Shown piece by piece: positions 1-11,719 of a stretch of DNA of 64,000 nt. The notes below the pieces were generated by a model. The model was not told the DNA's origin and searched no databases. It saw only the letters and a list, made by a program, of their open reading frames with translations. Positions within the stretch are counted from its first letter, which is position 1; every line of letters starts with the position of its first letter. Source of the stretch: Malacoraja senta. Its lineage: Eukaryota. Location: positions 17,174,001 to 17,238,000 of the forward strand of contig CM075979.1 in NCBI GenBank assembly GCA_038087875.1, in the 5' to 3' direction. The position numbers were made by a program, and so were the translations under genes.

Positions 1-229
1 ATTGAAAAGTTGAACTGCCAGATACTGGATTTGAAATTATTCTGGACAAATTGTCCTACAGTGACTGAAAACAATTTCTGCAAATATGAAAATTTGAAAC
101 CTATAAACACATGCTAAAATAAATAGCAAGAAGAGAATAGACTATTAAGCACCAGAAAATAGTCTTTATTCTAATCTTCTTCAGCCCATTTATCCAGTTT
201 AAATTATTACAGCATATCTGAGGACCTAC

Positions 230-296
230 CAGCGCCACTTTGCTGCCCATTTTCTTTGTTGCTGTCCATGTCCTCAATGTTAATGTAAGTGTCCTC
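230..296 (-). CDS. IFTAP: IFTAP (C11orf74/NWC) internal coding exon, equivalent to human exon 4
   Basis: 67-nt exon with AG acceptor (298-297) and GTAGGT donor (229-224); phase 0 to 1; translates EDTYINIEDMDSNKENGQQSGA, resembling human VDNFLDLEDLDMDEEIKPQMSE (recalled) in size and phase; same strand as exon 2. Confidence 0.75.
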
Positions 297-3200
297 CTTA
301 AATGTATTAAAGACAAACAAAATGTTAATAAAAAATCTTTAAATGCAAACCATAAACTTGCTAATTTAATATGTGGTCAATTATTAAAATGTCTTCCATT
401 TGTACAATACCATAAATTAAACCTTTATAGAATAAAATTTGAAAAACAGATGTTTGATAAGAAAGCATTGCTGCATCATCTGAAAGGGTTTACTCTACAA
501 TGCTCCAAGAAATATATATTCCCAAGAAGAACAGGAACAGGTGATGGGAAGCAAGGGGTAAAGAGACAAAACATTTCCAATTTCTGCAAATCTCAAAGGC
601 TATTTAAACAATGTTAAAAATATGATTATTCCCTGAAGATTTAGTTCCTGTATTTTACTGGGAGATGAGAAGATCATATGACTGTGAAACCATAATCTAT
701 TTGGAAGATGCTGAAATTCAGGCAAATTTAATGGCAGCACATCATAAAAGTATTTTTCATTCCTGGGAACTGCATAGGTCAGCAAAGTGGCCAATAGTCT
801 GACCGTAAAGCATATGTGAAAGATTACATTGGCTGATACCCACAATGGGTGTTGAGGGGGGCGGTGACCTTGATGCACAGACATAAGGAGTAGAGAAGGG
901 CATTGCAGAATGTCAAGAAGTTGCAGAGAAAATCGCATGATTGTAGAGCGGGAGAAATTACAATAGGTTCACATGAGGAGAAAGGAAACAGCTCCATCCA
1001 CACGTCCTGCCCCACAAACAACACTCACAAATAGCTGGATCTGGCAGCTCCAATCTCACTTTAGCTGCTGCCATTCACAGATCCTGGGAAAAGTTCAGAT
1101 GGATCTCAAAATCCAAGGAAAAGAACCTGGTTTAAACATTATAACCTCTTATTCTCTTCTCTGGTGGGATCATTCATGAATAAACTGGAAATAATGCCAG
1201 TAGATTGATTTTCACGTTTTGTAACATTTGTTCATTTGCCATTTGTGGGAGATAACAAAATGGAAAGGATGGAAGTAAGCTTCCTAACTGTGAAATCATA
1301 TCTAAACTTGAAGCCATCACCTTCCCCTCCCTGCCACAAGCTCAGATATCCATCCACCACTCCCACCTTCAGCGGATCAAGTCCTGATTTGATTGGGCCT
1401 TCTCTCTCTCCCAACCCCAGGAATCATCCTACTTCCTCTTTGTACCTCTAGTATCTTTGCTTTGTACATTTCATAAGGGAAGGAAACAGCGCCACAGCCA
1501 ATTAGTAACACCTTACAACATGGTGAATGAATATATAGGCCTTTTAGTTCAAAGGTTTCAACGGTCTGTTTATTGTCACGTGTACCAATTAAGGTATGTT
1601 GATTCAACCAGAAAGTCGGGTTGTAGTGGCATTCATGTGTTATTTTCAAAAATCAAAATTCAAAATTCTAGGTTATTAATGAATCAGTCTCAAATCGATT
1701 TCACTCACTTTATTCTCATACTCAGAATTATGTGCCGGTAATTTCAGCTGGAAACTGCTCTCATTAATAAATGATGGTAGAAATTCGAAACAATTCTCAC
1801 TTTAAACTAATTTATTTAAATTTGTAAACAAAGACACAAAGTGCTGGAGTAATACAGCGGGTCATAGAAACATAGAAAAATAGGTGCAGGAGTAAGCCAT
1901 TCGGCCCTTCGAGCCATTCAATATGATCCTGGTCAAGCAGCATCTCTAGAGAACATGGATGGGTGATGTTTTGGGTCAGGAACGGCCCGGCCTGAAACTT
2001 CACCTATCCACATTCTCCAGAGGTGTTGCCAGACCAGCTGAATTACTCCAGCACTTTGTGTCTTCTTTTGTAAACCAGCATCTACAGTTCCTAGTTTCTC
2101 TATTCTTTAGGTTTGTAGTTACTTTCAAAATAATCATAGTAATATTTTGTGGATTCTGATGAATTAAGGAGAAAAATCTTAACTTAGTAATTATTTTGCA
2201 AATGCTTTTTCAGCACATTGTAACTTTTATGAATTCAAACTCACCACTGTAAAATGCTTACTAATCTTGACATTGCACAATTTAGTCAAACTAGGACACA
2301 AATTGTTCAGAGTGAATGCATTGCTTAACTTACCAAAGCAACCTACTTTGGGCTACACACTAGTTTCAGATCTGACTGCAGGGGGCATAACTGTGCTAGC
2401 ATAGGTGATTTTTCACCACTAACCCTGAAAAGTAGCCCTGGTGGTGTTCGCCCTTGGGTCATGGATGAATAAACTGAAAGATTAAAAAGTACAAAGGAAA
2501 CACCTCGCTTGACAATTGTGACATTGTGAAACTCACTATCTTTGGTGGTGTATTTGATTGTTTCAAGATTAAAATATTGAGCACACCATGATAAACAGTC
2601 ACAAGGTGGGCAGAAGCATTACTTCGTTTTTTTCTCTCTTAAGCCTACTTAATTTAAATGTTATTTATCATTCCTAATTACTTCTGCCAAATGTAAATAA
2701 AATTCACAGTACAGAATATATTTTGTTCCAAACACCATGGAATGCATTCTGTTCAGTCTACCATTAACAAAATAACAACTGTTCTATATGGTTAACAAAA
2801 ACAGGAAACATAAAAACACAAGCCAGAATGTAACATGTCACATGAGAACTAATGTGATCTCAGTTATTTAGTTGGCACAGCAATCATTAAAATTCATTCA
2901 GAAATGTGTAGTACTTATAGTCATCTACAATGCTTCACATCTTTGGAGAATATATATCATACTTTTAACAGCCAGGCTTTACCTAATTGCAATTAACACT
3001 GAGCGTATATTGCGAAGTATCACAGAAAAATTATATTGAGGAATGAGGCAACTCATTGTAGATTACAACTTTTCAAATACTTTAAAAATATGGTGAGGGT
3101 TACACTGCTACCCAATTCGAGCAACATGTTTTCACCATCTCGTTGAAAATATATTTGATGGCAACAGTTAACATATTTTGATAATACATCAATGTCTTCA

Positions 3201-3599
3201 GGAAATTACAAATATTTTGTCATTCACATTGATGCCACATTACCAAACTGAATTTGAAAAATATTTAACATGAATATTAAAATAGTTTGAAAAATATTAT
3301 CTTATTGCTGTCTTTTCTCTGCAGTAAATATCAGAAAATAAGGCATATATTTTTATCCATATAAAATTAATTGTTAGCAAAATTATTGATACATGTTCAT
3401 TTGAAATTTCATATTCCAGGCATTAAGGCACAGATGCATTATCTAGTTAGAATTAGAATTTGATCCCATTGCAACAGGTCTATACAGCAAGCACAGAATG
3501 AACAGGAAAGGGTGGGGCTGTTTTCATTAGTACAAATGATGGGAGATTTGATCGATTTAAAAATCACAAAATTTAACAATGTATACAAAAAAAGACCCA

Positions 3600-4445
3600 T
3601 ATCCTTCAATAGAAAGTCTGTATCTGGACTTTCAAAAAGCCTTTAACAAGGTCCCACACAAGAGATTAGTGTGCAAAATTAGAGCACATGGTATTGGGGG
3701 CAGGGTATTGACATGGATAGATAACTGGTTGGCAGACAGGAAGCAAAGAGTAGGAATTAACGGGTCCTTTTCAGAATGGCAGGCAGGGACTTGTGGGGTG
3801 CCACAAGGCTCGGTGCTGGGACCACAGTTGTTTTACAATATATATTAACGATTTAGACGAAGGAATTAAATGTAACATCTCTAAGTTTGCGGATGACACA
3901 AAGCTGGGTGGCAGTGTGAAACAGTGTTTCCACTTTGAAGGAAATTACCCGACATTCTGGTTGTCTTCGGGTAATTTTAGGGAAATTAAATAATTTCGGG
4001 AAATTTCCCGGCCGGGTAAGCCTTCCCCAACTGCGCATGTGCGACTGCCGCCCCAACTGCACACTCGCGGGGAGACGCAAAGGGATTTGAGGGAAATTTT
4101 TTTTTTGACCATCCGCACCTGCACAGTTGTGGGAGGCCCGTCAGCCGCGCACAATTGAAAATGGCGCCGGTGACGCGGTAGGGACACAAAATGACGCCGA
4201 CTCCTTGCGCATGCGCAGTGGGCCCGGTATCTGCGCGTGCGCAGTTGGGGCAGCAGTCGCACATGCGCAGTTGGGGAAGGCTTAAATTTCAGGAAATACC
4301 ATCAAATTCCAGGAAATTTGGGAGTCTATTTCCGGGGAAAAAAAATGGAGGTGTGGAAGCACTGTGAAAGCACAGGTGTGAGCTGCAAGGAGGATGCTAT
4401 GAGGCTGCAGGGTGACTTGGATAGGTTGGGAGAGTGTGCAGGAGA
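3600..4445 (+). mobile_element. CR1 LINE reverse-transcriptase fragment, split by a MITE
   Basis: Translations YLDFQKAFNKVPHKRL, GVPQGSVLGP and SKFADDTKLGG; continues after 4375 (EDAMRLQGDLDRLGE). Confidence 0.9.
3922..4364. mobile_element. 443-bp MITE with CAGTG termini and 5-bp TSD
   Basis: 12-bp TIR cagtgtttccac / gtggaagcactg (1 mismatch); TGAAA at 3917-3921 and 4365-4369; 44-bp internal inverted repeat 4017-4060 / 4241-4284. Confidence 0.8.
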
Positions 4446-4479
4446 GAAACAAAGTTTAACATTTTAAATTGATGATTGA

Positions 4480-4711
4480 TGAAAACTATGGTATCCCAAT
4501 TTCGCATCCATTCCCTACACACTAGGGGCAATTTATAAAGGCCAACTAACCTGCAAACCTGCATGTCATTGGATGTGGGAGAAAACCAGAGCTCCTCGAA
4601 GAAATCCATGCAGTCACAGGGAGAACATGCAGACTCCACACAGCAGCACCTGAGGCCAGAATTGTAGCTAGGTCTTTGGTGCTGTGAGGCTGCAGCTCTA
4701 CTAGCTGCATC
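4480..4711 (-). mobile_element. Degenerate tRNA-head SINE
   Basis: Reverse complement resembles the SINE at 59474-59793 (tgcagctagtagagctgcagcctcacagc...ttctccctgtgactgcatgg). Confidence 0.7.
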
Positions 4712-4716
4712 ATCAT

Positions 4717-5763
4717 GTAGGTATGTTACAATACTTACCTTCACCAGTGCTGTAATTCTGCCACTGGCCGTGTGCGCGATTTTGGCGCCTTTAAGGGGGG
4801 GGGGCGGGCTTAAAACGCGGGTTTCTCCTACCTTGTCCTGAATTATATTTCGTTGGAGTACAAGCGTTTGCTGAAAAATCGTTCCTAGGGGCGTTTTGTG
4901 AATTTTTATTTTTATTAAATCGACAATGTCAGCGCTGGAGTCACTTTAAAATCAGCTCCTGAAGCCGTCAACGCCGATAACGGGGACGGATTTCACGTAC
5001 GGGACAGGTAAACGAAAGTGGTTTATTTAAATGTATAAAAATGCTTCTTAAGAAGCCTTTAATTCACATTTTTTCTTGCGAAACGGTGATGTTATTCCCC
5101 GAACTAACGGCAGTATTTTTCATGCCAATACGGGGTTAAATTCACCGCAAATGAACGTTCCAAAAGATCGCGTTCCAGAAATCCTCACTCACAAGATGAT
5201 TTAAATGCCCATTAATTTACAGGTATTAAACATTCAATTCCTTCCATTTGGCCTGTAAGTTCATGACAATGAGATTTAAAAATTATGTTATATTGTGAAT
5301 TCTTGTGTGAATATTATTTGGACACTTAAGCTATTTAAAAATGTTAATCTATTCTTAAGAAATTGATAGATGTTTAGATCTAGTAATTGAATTTTGTAAT
5401 TAGCTACATTTAGGTAACTAACTAATTATATGCTTTAATTTCATGTCTTCTAAGTAAGATTGTTTCATATTTGTTTCAGAATGCTTCAATCTATAATAAC
5501 TGAAAATTTCTTTCAGTTCTCTTAATTTTTAAGAAAGTTATGGGCTTTTAACTGTCCTCGATCACAGCTTTTGTGTTAAGTCAATGGAAAAGCAATAGGG
5601 AACAAGATGCTAATTTCCGAGTATGAAAACGGCCATAACCTTTTTTAATACTGAAGATATGAAAGTGAATTAGGTGTCAAATTAAACTTCTTTTTATGCT
5701 TTATCTGATGGGATAAATTGCAGACTTTATTTTTAAAATCTCAAAATATTGTAACATTGCTAC
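4717..5763. mobile_element. Non-autonomous DNA transposon, copy 1 (GTAG...CTAC termini, 5-bp TSD)
   Basis: 15-bp TIR gtaggtatgttacaa / ttgtaacattgctac (2 mismatches); ATCAT at 4712-4716 and 5764-5768; collinear with 9807-10849; no ORF. Confidence 0.85.
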
Positions 5764-6675
5764 ATCATGTATGATGATATATTTTCAAGTCAGGTTGATA
5801 TGTGACTTGGAGGGCATTACCTGGTGGTGGTGTTCCAATACATTTATTGCCCTTATCCTTCTAGTTAGTAGAAGTTGTGTGTTTAGAAGGTGTTGTCTAA
5901 TGAGTCTCGGTGAGTTGCCACAGTGCATCCTGCAGATGGTACCAACTGCTGCTGCTACTGTGCATTGGTAGTGGAGTGAGTGAATATTTATGTATGGGGA
6001 GCCTATCAAGCAGGATGCCAAGCTTGAAAGTGATATAATTGGCTCCAGGAATAGGATTTAAATTTTAACAAAGAAAAATATGCACATTTGAGGGCAGAGT
6101 TTACTTTGAATGACTAAAAATACATTGAAATATTTGACAGGCAATGACTGGCACTTACGGGAATCATGCATAAACTGTTAGAAAATTATTACTTTATACA
6201 CAAAAAAAGAAAGGAAATAAGTGATTCATGCATGACTAAGGAAAATTAAAGATAGCATTATATCAAAGTACGAGATTTATCAAATTGCCAGAAATAGTAG
6301 TAGCCTGACAATTGGGACTTTTAAAACACCATAAAGTAGACCAAAGAAATTAGCTAAAGATAAAATATGCAAGTAGACAGGTGAGAAACAAAAACAGACT
6401 GTAAGATCCTCTATGAGTATGTAAAAAAGGAAAAGGACAAATGAGGGTCCCTTGGAAATGGGAGAATTTACAACAGGGAATAAGGAAATGGCAAAGAAGT
6501 CAAAGTCTTTGCAGAAGACAAAAAATCTTGCCAAAAATATTGGATAACCAAAAATGTAGCAAGAATGAGGAATCGAAGGAAATAAATACTAGTCAAGAAG
6601 TTGAAGGAAATTCGTATGTCAAGATGTAATGTAATATGTTAACATAACTCCTATGTATCTCCAGCTCAAACATGC

Positions 6676-6812
6676 CTCATCATCATCCTTAAGTGGTTGT
6701 TCTCCCTTCTCATGAAAGCGCATCAATACTTGCTTCATATCTTGGTGTTTTCCAGCATCTTCTGCTATCCCTGCAGTGGCAGGAGATGCTACCTTTTGTT
6801 TCTTCATGTCAT
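6676..6812 (-). CDS. IFTAP: IFTAP internal coding exon, equivalent to human exon 3 (GC donor predicted)
   Basis: Acceptor ccttgtttccag at 6813; phase 1 start fits the exon 2 end; open frame DDMKKQKVASPATAGIAEDAGKHQDMKQVLMRFHEKGEQPLKDDDE; phase 0 end at GAG|GCATGT joins exon 4 in frame. Weak protein similarity. Confidence 0.55.
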
Positions 6813-7738
6813 CTGGAAACAAGGACACCATATTTAGATAGAAACTTTAAAACGACTTTTGTTCACAAGTCATGAAGCTTGGCATTATGTTACATCTAGA
6901 ACGACACAATACATCTTTTATTCGATATGAAGAAGAAACAGACAAAATCTATACTCCGAATCATATAAAGTTCTACGTCAGGATTTTTGTGTGGATTTCT
7001 TAATGCAATATCAGTGGAGTCAGTGTTTTGCTGCATCATTAATAAAGAAAATCTCCACACTCATATTGCCTGCTGCCACTTATGAAAAGGAAACCAAATT
7101 CAACTCTCCTCGTCAAGAGTCTTATAACATTATTTATGCTGCAGATTGTAAGATATTAGTAATTTCTCCAATAACAGCAATTGCAGAAAGGGTAGAAATT
7201 CAGTGGGGAGAAAGAAAAGGCATTAGATGCCCATTTTTTGTGCAGAACTATAAAATTTGAGCACAGCTACAAAAAGAATAAGCAAAACCAAAACACTCAT
7301 GGACTGTTTGCATTCTATCAAAAGTCAAGATTCAACCAAAGTTCCTGTTCATTTTCCATTAGCCATTCCGATTATTTTTAATTCAAATTAAAAGTTTAAA
7401 AGTTGCTTTTCACAATAGACAGATAAACCCTTCTAGAATTAGACTCACTATCAAGAAAATATCTATACTATTACTAAAACTCTCATCTTGTCCTCTTCCG
7501 GTTTGCATTGTTTAATAAATTTGTGCAAAAACGGAACCCTATATCGCTAGGATTTTTTCCGCCACCTTACTCGCCGTTCTCTTCTGCTCCAAGCGCACCA
7601 AGTTTTGTTCCGATCGGTGACATATTACAAAAGTTATTGGTCTGTTATTCGCCGAGACGGTGACACCCCTTCCGGGACCCGCTGTCAATCACCGGCGGGG
7701 AGAATAAAACTGAAGGAGCGGAGTGCACTCGGGGGATG

Positions 7739-7899
7739 CTGTGTTCGCGGGCGGAGGCTGACTGTGTTCGCGGGCGGGGGCCGGCTGTGTTCGCGGGCGG
7801 GGGCTGGCTGTGTTCGCGGGCGGGGGCCGGCTGTGTTCGCGGGCGGGGGCCGGCTGTGTTCGCGGGCGGGGGCCGGCTGTGTTCGCGGGCGGGGGCTGT
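7739..7899. repeat. 23-bp GC-rich minisatellite, about 7 copies
   Basis: Unit tgtgttcgcgggcgggggccggc repeated in tandem. Confidence 0.95.
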
Positions 7900-8039
7900 G
7901 AGCGCGACAGGCGCTGGGGACCGGAGCATCTGAGTGTGTCCGGAGCCGCGTCCTGGAGCAGGTGAGTGCGGTCGGAGCCAGGGCCGGGAGCCGTTGAGTG
8001 CGGTCGGAGCCGGGGCCAGGAACCGGTGAGCCCACTCAC

Positions 8040-8427
8040 CCCCTCCCCTAGAACTCCCCTCCCCTACATCCCCCCTCACCTACACGCCCCCCTCCCCTAC
8101 ACGCCCCCCCTCCTCCCCTACACCCCCCCTCCCCTACACCCCCTCTCCCCTACATGCCCCCTTCCCTACACCCCCACAGCCCCCCCTCCCCCACAGCACC
8201 CCCTCCCCCACAGCCCCCCTCCTCCCTCACAGCCCCCCACCTCCCCCACAGCACCCCTCCTCCCCCACAGCACCCCCTACCCCACCCACACCCTACCCCC
8301 CCACACACCCCCTCCCCCACCACACCCCCTCCCCCACCACTCACCCCCTCCACCATACACCCTCCTCCCCCAAAAACACCCCCTCCCCCACTCCACCCCT
8401 CCCACACACACCCCTCCCTCACCTCCC
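8040..8427. repeat. C-rich low-complexity tract
   Basis: Imperfect ccccctccccacag/cccctacac repeats; source of spurious Pro-rich and Gly-rich ORFs. Confidence 0.9.
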
Positions 8428-9039
8428 CTAGTTTACACAACTTATTACATCCAAATAATCAGAAAATAAACTCTTTCTTTACATTCTCAATGATTCATCT
8501 TCCTCCCACCCAATTAGATCCTTATAATAAGATAACCTCCAAATCCAGGTGATCTTAACCTTTTTTTCCTAACCTTCTATTCTCTATGCAATTACCATTA
8601 ATTTGTTTCCTCTCAATTAAAATGACAATGGAAATAAGAATATAAGGGTCAAATTGCCTCCTTTGCTGTAAAGATGATAATTAGGAATAACACAAAATAG
8701 GCTAAAATATGTTATCAACTGTGTTAGTTAATTGCAAATTTGCCCTGGCAACATGCAAATAAATTTGAGCAGAAACAATGGGAAGAACTCACTTTTCAGA
8801 AAGTTTGCAGTTTTAGTCACAAAGATTTCTTGCCATAAGAAATCATGGGCACTCATTCCTTGGACAAAGTGGGGACATTGGTCTGGGAAAGAATGATAAC
8901 TCTGATTTGCTTATGCTGCCTATTGATTTGAATGATTATGCCAAAACACTCAACATCCAACCCCACTTAAAGCCATTAACGGGGATGAACTCATCAGGAA
9001 CTCACAGAATGTTAACATTCACTGGAAGGAACACTTGGA

Positions 9040-9260
9040 AGACCTCCTTAACTACGATTCTGTCTTGGTCCACCAAGTCAAGCTGGATCTCCTGTTTGCT
9101 AGCCAATTTAACCCCTTTTCCCATTCCTATACTGACCTTTCTGTTTTTGGCCTCCTCTGTTGCCACACACAAACATGAGGAACAGCACCTCATATTTTGC
9201 TTGGGTAGCCTACAACCTAATGATACAAATGTTGCATTCTACAATTTTAGGTAACTAATC
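9040..9260 (+). mobile_element. Penelope-like element 3' fragment
   Basis: Translation KHEEQHLIFCLGSLQPNDTNVAFYNFR matches the C-terminus of the GIY-YIG copy at 41848-42342. Confidence 0.7.
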
Positions 9261-9264
9261 TACA

Positions 9265-11190
9265 AACAAGATACAAGATACATTTATTTGTCACATGTGC
9301 CAGTTGGCACAGTGAAATGTGATCACCATACAGCCATACAATAAAATAAAGAACACAACACAAGATAGAGTTCAACATAAAACATCCCCACAAAGCAAAA
9401 TCAAAAGTTTCCCACTGTGAGGGAAGGCACCAAAGTCAGTCATCTTCCTCTAATGTTCTAGATGTTCACCCGTGGTTGGGGCCTCCGGAGGCCTCCGCAG
9501 TCGCCGCTACGGGCAGCCCGCCGCTCAGGCCCGCTCGCCGGGATGTTGGAACTCCGACGTCGGAACGGGAGGCCAACCTCAGCGGCTTGGACCTCCAAAT
9601 CAGCTGCTTCCCACCGGAGTCCGCGGCTCCCGAAGTCCCCAGGCCGCGCTGGGCGGAGATTCAACGCTGGCGGCCCTCGGCAAAGGGCCCCAGGGACTCC
9701 GCGATGTCGGTCAGCGCCGCCCGCGCTGGGAGATCCGTGAACCACAGCCCCGCGATGTTGGAGCAGCGGGCCCAACGCTCCGGAGCTTCAAACGGCGATC
9801 CAGGAAGTAGGTATGTTACAAAACTTACCTTCAGTCGCGCTGTAATTCTGCCACTGGCCGTGTGCGCGATTTTGGCGCCTTTAAGGGGGGGGCGGGGTTA
9901 AAACGCGGTTTCTCCTCCCTTGTCCTGGAAATATTTTGTTGGAGTACAAACCTTGGCTGACAAAATCGTTCCTACCGGCGTATTGTGAATTTTTTATTTT
10001 TATTAAATCGTCAATGTCAGCGCTACAGTCATTTTAAAAGCTGCTCCTGAAGCGTCAACGCCGATAACGGGGACGGATTTCACACAATGGACAGGTAAAC
10101 GAAAGTGCTTTCTTTAAATGTATAAAAGTGCTTCTTAAGAAGCCTTTAATTCACATTTTGTCATGCGACACGGTGATTTTATTCCCCGAATTAACGGCAG
10201 TATTTTTCATGCCAATACGGGGTTAAATTCACCGCAAATGAACGTTCCAAAAGATCGCGTTCCAGTAATCCTCACTCGCAAGATGAATTTAATGCCCATT
10301 AATTTACAGGTATTAAACATTCAATTCCTTTCATTTGGCCTGTAAATTCATGAAAATTAGATTTAAAAAGTATGTTATATTGTGAATTATTGTGTGAATG
10401 TTATTTGGACACTTAGGCTATTTAAAAATGTTAATCTATTCTTAAGAAATTGATAGATGTTTAGATCTAGTAATTGAATTTTGTAATTAGCTACAATTAG
10501 GTAACTAACTAATTATATGCTTTACTTTCATGTCTTCGAAGTAAGATTGTTTCATATTTGTTTCAGAATGCTTCAATCTATAATACCTGAAAATTTCTTT
10601 CAGTTATCATAATTTTTAAGAAAGTTATGGGCTTTTAACTGTCCTCGATCACAGCTTTAGTGTTAAGTCAATGGAAAAGCAATAGGGAACTAGATGCTAA
10701 TTTCTGAGTATGATAATGACCATAACCTTTTTAATACTGAAGATATGAAAGTGAATTAAGTGTCAAATTAAACTTCTTTTTATGCTTTATCTGATGGGAT
10801 AAATTGCAGACTTTATTTTTTAAATCTCAAAATTTTGTAACATTGCTACAGGAAGGCATCGCCCACTCCGCGGTGAATCCGGCGCCGCGCCGCCGCTGCC
10901 GAAGCTCTGGTCCGGTCCCCGGTCTCCGGCAGGAAAGGCCGCTCCGATCCAGTTGGTAGGTCGCGAGGAGGGGGGCGAGGAGGGGGGCGAGGACGCGACT
11001 CGGAGAAATAGTCGCATCCTCGCCAGGAAGCGACTGGGAAGCGGTTTCCCCCCTTACCCCTCCCCCCTCCCCAACATAGAAAAACGAAAGAATCTCCAAA
11101 ACAAAACTATTTAGACAAACTAAAATTTTTAAAAGGATGGAAAAAAACAGACAGGCTGTAGGCAGAGGCGCCTTCAATGCAGCGCCCCTA
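9265..11190 (-). mobile_element. Non-autonomous GC-rich retroposon, interrupted by a DNA transposon
   Basis: Shares aacatcc...cactgtg...ggaaggcaccaaagtc...tgttcacccgtgg segment and acggtttcccccttacccc motif with copies at 13902, 26777 and 44760; split at 9807-10849. Confidence 0.7.
9807..10849. mobile_element. Non-autonomous DNA transposon, copy 2 (same family as 4717-5763)
   Basis: Same TIRs; AGGAA at 9802-9806 and 10850-10854. Confidence 0.85.
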
Positions 11191-11719
11191 GTGTTCAAGG
11201 GTAGTGAACAACCCTTCCTTCCCACCCATCCCCCTCTTCCCCGTGCCCCACCTGGATTCACATCCATTTCTCCCCTTCCCCCTTCCCTTCCAACGTTCTT
11301 TCCTCTGGCTTTACAATTTGTACATCTTCTATCCTTACCTCATACATTTTGTCTTGTATCCTTACCTCATACATACATCTCTGGCCTTTGTCCAACAATT
11401 TACCTACCAAAATCCATGCTCATCTGTATCCACGCATCACTTGCCTGGCTTTGCCCTGCCCCCACTCTCTTCCAGCTTTCTCTGCTCAAATCCCCCCCCC
11501 CCCCCTTCCCCTCACCACAATCAGTCAGAAGAGGTGTCCCGACCTGAAACATCACTTATCCATGTTATCCAGAGATGCTGAGTTACTCCAGCACTTCTTG
11601 TCTTTCCTTGACATGAGCCCCCTTGATTCCATCGCACGTCACCCTGAGAGCATTTCTACCATTTCAGATTGACAAATAGTTGAAAAACCCATATCACAAC
11701 AAAAAAATAACAAGCCTTG

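Larger units (their letters stand above)
7462..8431 (+). mobile_element. Non-autonomous Helitron-like element with GC-rich core
   Basis: A|TCTATACTATTACTAAAA 5' end homologous to the Helitron at 37196; ends CTAG|T at 8428-8432, but no 3' hairpin is visible in the C-rich tail. Confidence 0.55.

Noticed and set aside
4360-4369. CACTGTG at the MITE right end
   Set aside because: The final TG belongs to the TSD, the left end reads AACAGTG, and no nonamer is present.
7500-8040. CpG-rich stretch as a promoter of TRAF6 or another gene
   Set aside because: It lies inside a Helitron-like repeat in IFTAP intron 2; TRAF6 is expected on the RAG1 side, and no TRAF6-like ORF is seen.
7605-8552. Long Pro-, Gly- and Arg-rich ORFs
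   Set aside because: Produced by the minisatellite and C-rich tract.
9458-9901. Overlapping 90-210 aa ORFs here and at 14019-14763, 26839-27566 and 44815-45355
   Set aside because: Stop-poor GC-rich cores of a repeat family, open in several frames and not conserved between copies.
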